From an uncultured bacterium (GTDB lineage: Bacteria; Macinerneyibacteriota; Macinerneyibacteria; Macinerneyibacteriales; DSCS01): a stretch of 64,000 bases of DNA. Numbering within the stretch: the stretch's first letter is position 1; each line of letters begins with the position of its first letter. The translations under genes and the position numbers were made by a program. The notes under the pieces were generated by a model. The model was not told the DNA's origin and searched no databases. It was given only the letters and a program-made list of their open reading frames with translations. Shown here one piece after another: positions 1-7,968 of this stretch. The stretch lies in contig CAZNOX010000001.1 in the NCBI GenBank assembly GCA_964574875.1, positions 80,206 through 144,205 on the forward strand, given 5' to 3'.

Positions 1-88
1 TGACTTTCCCGTCTTCAATGGTCAGCGACACTCCTTTAAGGACGTCTTTTCCGTTAAAACTTTTGTGAAGGTCTCGTATTTCGATCAT
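1..88 (-). CDS. mlaF: ABC transporter ATP-binding protein, MlaF/Ttg2A type (5' part only, runs off the window)
   Basis: Manual translation MIEIRDLHKSFNGKDVLKGVSLTIEDGKV from ATG at 88; directly downstream of mlaE. Confidence 0.75.
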   Translation of the reverse strand, partial: MIEIRDLHKSFNGKDVLKGVSLTIEDGKV

Positions 89-94
89 AGCCCG

Positions 95-847
95 TCACCC
101 GAAAAAGAGGGCGGTGAGGAAATAGTCCGCCACAAGGATGAGAATTGAGGCGACGACAACGGCATTGGTGGTCGCTTTTCCCACTCCTTCGGCTCCGCCC
201 TGTGTAAAGTACCCGAAATAACTCCCGACGACAACGATGATCTGTGAAAAGACCATGCTCTTGAGCAGGCCCGAAAGGATATCCACAGAATCAAGGTAGA
301 AACGGATATTGTCAATGTATTTGAGAATATGAATATGCAGGATCTTGCCGGCCACAAGAAACGACCCTGCAATGGCAATGGCATCGGCAAAGACCGTGAG
401 CATGGGGATCATGACCAGCCCCGCCAGAAGACGGGGAGCCACGAGGTAATTCAAGGGGTTCACGGACATCACTTCCAGAGCATCGATCTGCTCCGATATC
501 CGCATGGTCCCCAGTTCGGCGGCGATCCCCGAGCTGATGCGTCCCGCCAGGATCATGGCAGCGAAAACAGGGCCCAGTTCACGGCAGACAGCCACTGCCA
601 CGATCCCTCCCACATACATCTCCGCGCCGAACGTCCGCAACTCATAGATGAGCTGATAAGACATGATGATCCCCATGAATGCCGAGACGAGGATGATGAT
701 GGGCATGGACCTCACACTGATCTCATAGAGGTCTTTGAACATATGGGCAAACGGCGGAAACGGGAAGAAGGAGCGATAGGAGCGGTCCACAAAGAGAGAA
801 AATCGTCCCACGTTTTCCGCAGCGGCAAGCAGACGTTTTTTAACCAT
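95..847 (-). CDS. mlaE: MlaE family phospholipid/lipid-asymmetry ABC permease
   Basis: Motifs RELGPVFAAMILAGRISSGIAAELGTMRISEQIDALEVM and GGAEGVGKATTNAVV; start moved to ATG 847 because a -10 box lies at 859-854. Confidence 0.92.
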   Translation of the reverse strand: MVKKRLLAAAENVGRFSLFVDRSYRSFFPFPPFAHMFKDLYEISVRSMPIIILVSAFMGIIMSYQLIYELRTFGAEMYVGGIVAVAVCRELGPVFAAMILAGRISSGIAAELGTMRISEQIDALEVMSVNPLNYLVAPRLLAGLVMIPMLTVFADAIAIAGSFLVAGKILHIHILKYIDNIRFYLDSVDILSGLLKSMVFSQIIVVVGSYFGYFTQGGAEGVGKATTNAVVVASILILVADYFLTALFFG

Positions 848-853
848 AGCCTG

Positions 854-917
854 ATGATAAATCATCCCGGGAAAAAGTCAACTTCAACTTGATTGAGACC
901 TCGGAAAGGGGTATAAT
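854..917. promoter_or_regulatory. Back-to-back sigma70-type promoters for mlaE (-) and the 924 gene (+)
   Basis: Minus: TTGACT(882-877)-N17-TATCAT(859-854). Plus: TTGATT(889-894)-N17-TATAAT(912-917). Confidence 0.6.
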
Positions 918-923
918 CCCCCT

Positions 924-1223
924 ATGCATGATGTGATCGTCGCCATATTCGGGAAGAATTCTCTTCTTTTCCTTCTGATCTCTCTTTTCGGGCTTCTCAT
1001 TCTGAAACTCTATGTCGCCGGAGAGACATCCAGGAGTCTTTCAGGGCAGGCCCTTATCACCCTGCTTCCTCTGGGCGCCGTACGAGCCTCTTTCCGTCAT
1101 TTTCCAAAGGGGAAAGCGCTCTTTATCCTTCTCTTCACCATCCTTGCCTGGGCTCTCATCCTTTTTTTCCTCTACGCCCACATCCAATACAGGAACTTTC
1201 TTCATCAACTCTCCATCTCGTGA
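924..1223 (+). CDS. Small hypothetical membrane protein (about 3 TM segments)
   Basis: 99-aa hydrophobic ORF filling the intergenic space, 6 nt downstream of TATAAT. Confidence 0.6.
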   Translation: MHDVIVAIFGKNSLLFLLISLFGLLILKLYVAGETSRSLSGQALITLLPLGAVRASFRHFPKGKALFILLFTILAWALILFFLYAHIQYRNFLHQLSIS

Positions 1224-1291
1224 GGGCTTCCGCTGTCAAAATTTATTGATTTCCCCCCCCTTCTGTGTTATTCTCTATGTGGAGTAAGACT

Positions 1292-2422
1292 ATGGCTAAA
1301 AAAAACAGTGAATTTTTAAACACCGTCATCATTTCCGGCAAGGAATACCAGATCAAGACTGTGGTGGACCGTTACAACACCATGCGGTCCAAGATCATCC
1401 ACAAGGGGAAGACCATCTCCGAAAAAACACTCAAGCTTGAGAATTCAAAAGACGAGAAGAGCATCATCCCCTACATCGAGAAACTCCACAGGGATTTTAT
1501 CCATGAACTCTCTATCCTCAACAACATCAATGAAGAGGAGGAGAACAAACAGAACATCAAGTTTATCCTCTTTCTGGGCGCTGTCTACTTCACCAAGGGC
1601 CTTCTTGAGGAGGCTAAAGAGATCTTTAAAAAAGCGCTCAAGTGGGACAGCAACTGTGTGGAAGCCTACAATTACCTTGGCGTCATCTATCTGAAAACGG
1701 GAAATATCCCCCAGGCCATCGATTATCTGAAAAAAGCGGCCGCCATGGCTCCGGATATCCCCGAGACCAAGATCAAGCTCATCGATGCCTACATGGAGCT
1801 GGACAATCTTAAAAAAGTCGAAGAGGAGCTTACACGTCTTCACAAACGCCAGCCGGATTATCACTATGTCTATTGGTATTTTGTCCTGACGAATCTCAAG
1901 AAACTTCTTTCAGGCCAGTATAAGGACAATGAGGACATCAAGCTTCTCGATAAGATCATCGAATGGATGAAACGGGGATATGACCTGGCCGGCGAGATCG
2001 TGGACAAAGAGCTCTTTGAGAAGGCCTATATCGATGTGAACGCCCGACAGTATGAATCAGCGTACAAGAATATCAAGGACCTCATCGAAGAGTGCAAAAA
2101 CACCTATTTCAATAAAGAGATCGACCATTTCCACATCTTTCTCATGAAATACAAAAAAGAGAAGGACCCGGCCCTTCTCAAAGAGACCCTGGACACGTTT
2201 ACGGAGATGTTGAAAAACGACCCCTCCAACAAGATCCTTCTCAATAAGGTGGGGATCCTTCATTTTCTTGCAGGGCAGGAAGCCCTGGCCCGGGCCAGGG
2301 ATGCGTTCAAAGATTCCCTGACAACGGATCCCGCCTACAGTTTTGCCCGTAAAAACCTCAATCTCACCCGCAATGCCATCCGCAATGTGGATAATCTCAT
2401 CTTTGATTTCTTAAAACAATAA
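1292..2422 (+). CDS. Tetratricopeptide repeat protein with an unassigned N-terminal domain
   Basis: TPR motifs (LGAVYFTKGLLEEAKEIFKKAL, AYNYLGVIYLKTGNIPQAIDYLKKA); GGAG RBS at 1281 and TTGATT-N17-TATTCT promoter at 1246-1274 favour ATG 1292. Confidence 0.8.
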   Translation: MAKKNSEFLNTVIISGKEYQIKTVVDRYNTMRSKIIHKGKTISEKTLKLENSKDEKSIIPYIEKLHRDFIHELSILNNINEEEENKQNIKFILFLGAVYFTKGLLEEAKEIFKKALKWDSNCVEAYNYLGVIYLKTGNIPQAIDYLKKAAAMAPDIPETKIKLIDAYMELDNLKKVEEELTRLHKRQPDYHYVYWYFVLTNLKKLLSGQYKDNEDIKLLDKIIEWMKRGYDLAGEIVDKELFEKAYIDVNARQYESAYKNIKDLIEECKNTYFNKEIDHFHIFLMKYKKEKDPALLKETLDTFTEMLKNDPSNKILLNKVGILHFLAGQEALARARDAFKDSLTTDPAYSFARKNLNLTRNAIRNVDNLIFDFLKQ

Positions 2423-2450
2423 AAAAAAAGGGCGCCGGAAGCGCCCTTCT
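2421..2450 (-). terminator. Intrinsic terminator between convergent genes
   Basis: AAGGGCGC-cggaa-GCGCCCTT hairpin preceded by an A-run (U-tract on the minus strand). Confidence 0.8.
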
Positions 2451-2471
2451 CAATGATTCCCCGGAGCCCTT

Positions 2472-3551
2472 TCAGAGGCCCAGGATCTCTTCGATGGTGT
2501 CCAGATAGGTCTTGATCTCCTCCTGTGTCCTCTCGGCCATATGAGCCACACGGAAGGAGTTGTTTTTCATCTTTCCGTAGCCGTTGGAGAAGACATAACC
2601 CCGTTTTCTGAGTTCCTTTGACAAGGCGCCCAGGTCAGCCTCTTTCGTGTTTTTAATCGTGGTGACCGTCCTGGAAGCGATCTTTTCATCCTTGATGTAA
2701 AGCTCAAAGTGTTTTTCAGCCCACCGTCTCACAAAGCGCATGTTCTCTTCATGCCGTTTAAAGACATTGTCCAGTCCGGTCTTGAAGATCCTGTCCAGGG
2801 AGACATTCAATGCGAAAAGATGAGAGATGCTGGGGGTGGAGGGGTACTGATGGGGTTTGTCCACAGCATATTTATAAAGCTGGACAAGGTCAAAATAGTA
2901 GCCCCTGTTTTCCACGGTCCTGGCTCTCTCGATGGCCTTTTTGGAAACGGAACAGACAGCGAGTCCCGGAGGAACGCCGAGCGCTTTCTGTGAGGAGGAG
3001 ATCAGGATGTCGATCCCCAGTTTGTCCGCTTCGATCTTCGCCCCGCCCAATGAGGAGACCGCATCCACGAGCCAGACCACATCAGGGTATTTTTTCATCA
3101 CGTCTGCGATCTCATAGACCGGGTTCATGATCCCCGTGGATGTCTCATTGTGGGTCAGCGCCATGACGTCATACTTCCCTGTGGACAGATACTCATCCAC
3201 AAGAGCGGGAGTGATGGGGTTGCCCCACTCCACTTCATGTTTGTCAGCAGGGACGTTGTTGCCCTCTGCGATCTCGAACCACCGGTTTCCGAAGGCCCCC
3301 ACAGAGAAGACAATAGCCCTCTTCTTTGTGCAGCTTCGGATCGACCCTTCCATGAGTCCGGTCCCCGAAGATGTGGAAAAGATAATGGGGTTGTCCGTAA
3401 ACATGAGTTTCTGCATCTTTTCGGCGCATTGCCCCTGAAGCTCCACACAGTCAGCGGCTCTGTGAGAGATCATGGGATGGGACATGGCCTGAAGCACTTC
3501 GTCGGCGACATCCACCGGGCCCGGGATGAACAGCGTCTGCTTTTTATCCAT
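2472..3551 (-). CDS. Class V PLP-dependent aminotransferase (alanine-glyoxylate/serine-pyruvate family)
   Basis: LFIPGP, THNETSTG, VDAVSS and SSQKAL (PLP lysine); GGAGG RBS before ATG 3551. Confidence 0.9.
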   Translation of the reverse strand: MDKKQTLFIPGPVDVADEVLQAMSHPMISHRAADCVELQGQCAEKMQKLMFTDNPIIFSTSSGTGLMEGSIRSCTKKRAIVFSVGAFGNRWFEIAEGNNVPADKHEVEWGNPITPALVDEYLSTGKYDVMALTHNETSTGIMNPVYEIADVMKKYPDVVWLVDAVSSLGGAKIEADKLGIDILISSSQKALGVPPGLAVCSVSKKAIERARTVENRGYYFDLVQLYKYAVDKPHQYPSTPSISHLFALNVSLDRIFKTGLDNVFKRHEENMRFVRRWAEKHFELYIKDEKIASRTVTTIKNTKEADLGALSKELRKRGYVFSNGYGKMKNNSFRVAHMAERTQEEIKTYLDTIEEILGL

Positions 3552-3582
3552 AAAAAACCTCCTTGTTAACTCGATTTTCTTC

Positions 3583-3610
3583 ATACTACTGGGGTTAAGC
3601 CTTTTGTCAA
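3583..3610 (-). promoter_or_regulatory. sigma70-type promoter of the aminotransferase
   Basis: TTGACA-N16-TAGTAT. Confidence 0.7.
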
Positions 3611-3623
3611 ATGAAATCGGATT

Positions 3624-4862
3624 TCAGCCGTTTTTCACCCAGGAGACCAGCTCTTTCCATGTGGGCTTTTTCCCGTAACTGAGGAGGCCGATCCTGTAGA
3701 TGCGCCCTGCCAGCCAGATCTCGATGGCGATGGTCACCAGCAGAAGTCCCATGGAGAGGGCGATCTGAGAAGCCGGGACTTCACTGATCCCGATCCTCAT
3801 GAGCATGATCGACGAGAGAAAGGGAACCAGCGAGATGCCCACTGAAAACGAGGATGAGGGGTCCTGGCTCACACCCATGAGAAAGATCATGGGCAGGACG
3901 CAGACGAGGATGGCCGGTGTCATGGCGTTCTGGGCATCCTGCATGTTGGAAAACATGGCGCCGATGATCCCGAAGATCAGAGCAAAGACAAGGAACCCCA
4001 TGAGGAAGTAGAGGATGAAAAAGATGAAGAGCGAGGGATGGAGAGAACCCAGAAGCGCTTTGATGGCGATCTGCGCCCCGGGAACAGCCTGTTTGAGCAG
4101 AACGATCCCCAGAAAAGCCATCACCGCCCAGATGAGATACTGAAAGACGCCGGCGGCGGCTGTGCCGCTGAGTTTTCCCGCCATGATCCCCGACGGTTTC
4201 ACATGGGAGACCAGCACTTCAGCCACACGGTTGCTTTTGTCTTCGATGGTGGAGCGGAGCATCTGGGGAGCCCAGGAGAGGACCGACATGTAGATGAGGA
4301 AGACCAGCAGATAGGCGATGGCAAAAGAGACTTCCGCACTCTTCTTTTTTGCTCCCTCTTCCTTTGTCACTTCAAAAGTCCTGGCTTTAGCCGATGCCAG
4401 AAGAGCGTTGATCTCTTCTTCTGAAAGGCCGCGGTCTGAAAATTTCCTCACCTGGATGATCCGGGAGATGACATTTTCAATAAGGGAGATCCTCTGGGAA
4501 TCGCTGATGGTCTCGGAGTAGTACTCAAAGGAGTACTCATCGAAGAGGTCACCGGGGAAGAAGAGAAGATTTTTGATCTCTTTCTGCCTCAGTGCTGTGA
4601 TGGCCTCCTCTTTACTTCCGTTCCAGGGAATCATCTTCATGGTCGCGGGGAGACGGCTCTCCAGCAGCGGGATGACTTGAGCGGTCTCGTCGATATAATG
4701 ATATTCGCGGACCTTCTCCATATTCTTCTTCTGGGTGACATAGATGATCCCGAAAAAGAGGATGATGAGAAGCGGGGTGAGGATCGTCCCCAGGATAAAG
4801 GATTTTGATTTGACCATATGCCAAAACTCTTTTTTAAAGACAATAAACCATTTATTTTTCAT
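3624..4862 (-). CDS. ABC-2 exporter permease (NatB/YhaP-like)
   Basis: KKEFWHMVKSKSFILGTILTP, IEDKSNRVAEVLVSHV, IMAGKL; 6 TM plus extracytoplasmic loop. Confidence 0.88.
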   Translation of the reverse strand: MKNKWFIVFKKEFWHMVKSKSFILGTILTPLLIILFFGIIYVTQKKNMEKVREYHYIDETAQVIPLLESRLPATMKMIPWNGSKEEAITALRQKEIKNLLFFPGDLFDEYSFEYYSETISDSQRISLIENVISRIIQVRKFSDRGLSEEEINALLASAKARTFEVTKEEGAKKKSAEVSFAIAYLLVFLIYMSVLSWAPQMLRSTIEDKSNRVAEVLVSHVKPSGIMAGKLSGTAAAGVFQYLIWAVMAFLGIVLLKQAVPGAQIAIKALLGSLHPSLFIFFILYFLMGFLVFALIFGIIGAMFSNMQDAQNAMTPAILVCVLPMIFLMGVSQDPSSSFSVGISLVPFLSSIMLMRIGISEVPASQIALSMGLLLVTIAIEIWLAGRIYRIGLLSYGKKPTWKELVSWVKNG

Positions 4863-5742
4863 TTTCGTCCCCTTTTGCTCCCACGGCTTCCAGAAAGATC
4901 GATTTCAGGCTGGGCAGGTCCACGCGGAATTCCGAAATGTCGAGCTTCTCTGCCACAGACCTCAGATAACCGGGATAGTCTTCGCGTTTTTTCAGGACCA
5001 CTTCGGCATACGTCCCGTAATCATCCACCGACTCCTCCATCCCGTTGCGCAGGAAACGTCCGTCTCCTGAATAGCGGATAAAGATATTCATCTTGCCGTA
5101 CTCTTCCTTGATCCGGCTCATCTCCCCGTCGACGACTTTCGTTCCCTTGTCGATGATGATCACATGGTTGCAGATGTTTTCCGCATGCTCCATGATATGG
5201 GTGGAAAAGAGGACCGTGGTCCCCCTTCGCATGAGACGGACGATCTCATCTTTAAAGAGTTGGATATTGAGGGGGTCCAGCCCTGAGAAAGGCTCATCTA
5301 AGATCAGAAAGCGCGGAGTGTTCATCGCTGTGATGATGAACTGGACCTTTTGCTGCATCCCCTTGGACAGCGCTTCCACCTTTTTCTCTTTCCACTCTCC
5401 CAGGTCGAAGTGGTCCAGCCACTCGTCCGTCCCGGCTTTGATCTCTTTTTTGTTCATTCCCTTGACCTGTCCGAAAAAATCGATGGTCTCGGCAACGGTC
5501 ATCTTGGGGTAGAGGCCCCGCTCCTCGGGAAGGTACGAGACTTCGTTATTCTTAAAAAAACGTTTGATCTCCCCCTGTTCAGGGTAGTAGATCTCCATGA
5601 TCATTCTGAGTGTGGTGGTCTTCCCGGCTCCGTTCCGGCCCAGGATCCCGTAGACCTTCCCTTCATCCAGGGAAAAAGAGAGGTCCTTCACGGCATGGAA
5701 TGACCCGTAATACTTATTGACACGCTCCAGTTGTAACAGCAT
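4852..5742 (-). CDS. ABC exporter ATP-binding subunit (NatA-like)
   Basis: Walker A GRNGAGKTT, signature LSKGMQQK, Walker B LILDEPFSGLDP. Confidence 0.93.
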   Translation of the reverse strand: MLLQLERVNKYYGSFHAVKDLSFSLDEGKVYGILGRNGAGKTTTLRMIMEIYYPEQGEIKRFFKNNEVSYLPEERGLYPKMTVAETIDFFGQVKGMNKKEIKAGTDEWLDHFDLGEWKEKKVEALSKGMQQKVQFIITAMNTPRFLILDEPFSGLDPLNIQLFKDEIVRLMRRGTTVLFSTHIMEHAENICNHVIIIDKGTKVVDGEMSRIKEEYGKMNIFIRYSGDGRFLRNGMEESVDDYGTYAEVVLKKREDYPGYLRSVAEKLDISEFRVDLPSLKSIFLEAVGAKGDENEK

Positions 5743-5771
5743 GACTCCTCCTCGGCTTGGTGTGATCGGAT

Positions 5772-6668
5772 CTATTTTTTCTTTTTGATCAGGTTTTTAA
5801 TATAGCGTAAAGCCAGGCCGGTGGAAAGGAGAATAATCCCCGAAAAGTAGAGCCACTGGATGGTGCTGAAGACCGAATGAGAGAACTGGATCCCGAACAC
5901 GGTGAGGATCAGGTCGATGATGGCATAGAAAAGAAAACCCAGGAAGAGGGCATTTTTATGGGACGGGAAAAGACGGGCCCCTGTCCAATGAAGAAGGACG
6001 ATGAAACCCACGAGAAGCGCAAAGACAAAGAGGATCATGAGAAAGATCAGGACCGGGATCCCGATGATGGTGACAACAAGAAGGATCATGGCCACGGGAA
6101 GCAGGATGTAAAACCCCAGCCCGATAAAAAAGTATTTCAGGGCATAGGAGCTCATGTCGTCCACGAAGGTCTTGATACGCGAGCCCACAAGAAAGTTCAC
6201 GATGAGGACCATGATGAAGAGGATGATATAGAAGAAGATCTTGTCCACGAGGGAGGCGTAGCGATACCGTTCCGATAATGTCCGTCCGTTGACATGTTCG
6301 CCTTCCTCATATTGAGCCCGTGACAGCGATGAACCCGGCAACTGCGCATAAGCAGCTGAGATCTCATTTTCGGCGGTGAGAAGCGTGGAGTCTTTGATAA
6401 AGACATTCCCCGCCACTTGTCCCTTTCCGCCCATGGAGACTGTGGAGTCCACGAGGAAGAGATTCCCCAGGACTGAAGCATTCATGACACAGTCGCTTTT
6501 CTGGATGATCAGGTCCCCGTGGTACTCGCCGGTGACCTCCTCGCCTTCTTCCAGTCCTGACACAAGAGCGGCTGATTTCTCTGCTTTATCCAGGATGGTT
6601 TCTTCAGCTGAACTGACAACAGCGAAAAAAGCTAATGCGATCACGAGAAAGATGAGATGACGTCTCAT
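5772..6668 (-). CDS. Membrane protein with signal peptide, short beta-helix (bactofilin/polymer-forming-like) segment and 4-5 TM C-terminal domain
   Basis: Repeating GDLII/GNLFL/GNVFI strands, then hydrophobic LLVVTIIGIPV region. Confidence 0.55.
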   Translation of the reverse strand: MRRHLIFLVIALAFFAVVSSAEETILDKAEKSAALVSGLEEGEEVTGEYHGDLIIQKSDCVMNASVLGNLFLVDSTVSMGGKGQVAGNVFIKDSTLLTAENEISAAYAQLPGSSLSRAQYEEGEHVNGRTLSERYRYASLVDKIFFYIILFIMVLIVNFLVGSRIKTFVDDMSSYALKYFFIGLGFYILLPVAMILLVVTIIGIPVLIFLMILFVFALLVGFIVLLHWTGARLFPSHKNALFLGFLFYAIIDLILTVFGIQFSHSVFSTIQWLYFSGIILLSTGLALRYIKNLIKKKK

Positions 6669-6680
6669 TCCATGCCTCCT

Positions 6681-7967
6681 TTACCGGGCGTGAAGGTAGT
6701 GGATCACATCGGACGGAGTGATCACCCCTACCATTTTATCCCCTTCTTCTACTATAATAAGAGACACATTTTCTTTAAAAAATGTTTCTCTCACCTGGTC
6801 TGCGGGGGTGTTCTGATCCAAAAAGAGGACTCTCTTGTCCATGATCCCCTTGACGGGGATATGGAGCTGCTCTTTACGGCGCATATCCATGATCTTTTCC
6901 TTGGAGACCAGTCCCACGATCCGCCCGTTGTCATCTTCAACGGGGACAGTCCGGTAATGGCTATAGATGATCTTTTCGATGACGTCCCCGAGGCGTTCGT
7001 TTTCTCCCAGAGTAAAGACAGGACGCGACATGATGTCGGCAGCCCGGACTCCGGGGACGGCTTTCTGCTCCAAAAGGGAGAGAAGCTGCTGTCTGGCCTC
7101 TTTGACCGTGGTGTTCATCAGCGTGGCCGAAGCGGCTTTGATATGGCCTCCCCCTCCGAAAAAAGCCATGATCTCATTCATGTTGAGGTCATCGGCTGTG
7201 GTCTTTCCCACCATATGGGTCTTCCTTCCCATCCCCACAATGGCGAAAGAGGTCTGAAGCTCTTCTCTCACGTGGATACGCTGGAGGATATCGCTGATCC
7301 CGCCGACGATCTCATCCAGGTCCGCTGTCGCGATGTGAAGGGGCAGCCCGTTGATGGTGAAGGATTCCATGGACTCCATGAGCATCTCCTGCAATCTCTG
7401 CTGAAGGGGATTGAACTCTCTGTTGAGGAAGGCCAGGATATTCTCGGGGCGGGCGCCCCTTTTCATAAGTTCTGCCACTACAGCGACATCCCGGTCTGTG
7501 GTGGTGGAATAGGTCAGCGCTCCGGTATCCTCATAGATCCCGAGAAGAAAGAGCGAGGCCTCCACAGGGTTGATGAAGATATCCTTCTCCAGGAGTTTTT
7601 CAACGAGAAGGGTGGTCACAGCTCCGGTGGAGTCCACCCAGGACTCGTCTCCGGTGATGTCTCCTCCCGGATGGTGGTCATAGACCACCACCCTGGCGTC
7701 TGTCTTCTCAAGAAAAGCGGAGAAACGGCCGAGCCTCTGCCTCCGCCGCGTGTCCACCATGATGATCTCCGTGATCTCGTTCAGGTCATTGAAACGCGAG
7801 AATTTCTCTATGGTAAAATACTTGTAATGCATCTTGAGAAAGAGGGCGACATTCTCCCTTTTTTTCCCCAGGCTGAGCATGATCCCGTCGCCGTAGAGCT
7901 TCCTTGCAGCGGCCATCCCTGCCAGGGAGTCGAAGTCCATCCCTTCATGACTGATGATCACTCTCAT
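6681..7967 (-). CDS. DHH/DHHA1 phosphoesterase (NrnA-like) with a C-terminal CBS pair
   Basis: SHEGMDFDS, MVDT, YDHH, GIYEDTG, GGGGHIKAASA; CBS repeats from AADIMSRPV to GVITPSDV. Confidence 0.85.
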   Translation of the reverse strand: MRVIISHEGMDFDSLAGMAAARKLYGDGIMLSLGKKRENVALFLKMHYKYFTIEKFSRFNDLNEITEIIMVDTRRRQRLGRFSAFLEKTDARVVVYDHHPGGDITGDESWVDSTGAVTTLLVEKLLEKDIFINPVEASLFLLGIYEDTGALTYSTTTDRDVAVVAELMKRGARPENILAFLNREFNPLQQRLQEMLMESMESFTINGLPLHIATADLDEIVGGISDILQRIHVREELQTSFAIVGMGRKTHMVGKTTADDLNMNEIMAFFGGGGHIKAASATLMNTTVKEARQQLLSLLEQKAVPGVRAADIMSRPVFTLGENERLGDVIEKIIYSHYRTVPVEDDNGRIVGLVSKEKIMDMRRKEQLHIPVKGIMDKRVLFLDQNTPADQVRETFFKENVSLIIVEEGDKMVGVITPSDVIHYLHAR

Positions 7968-7968
7968 A

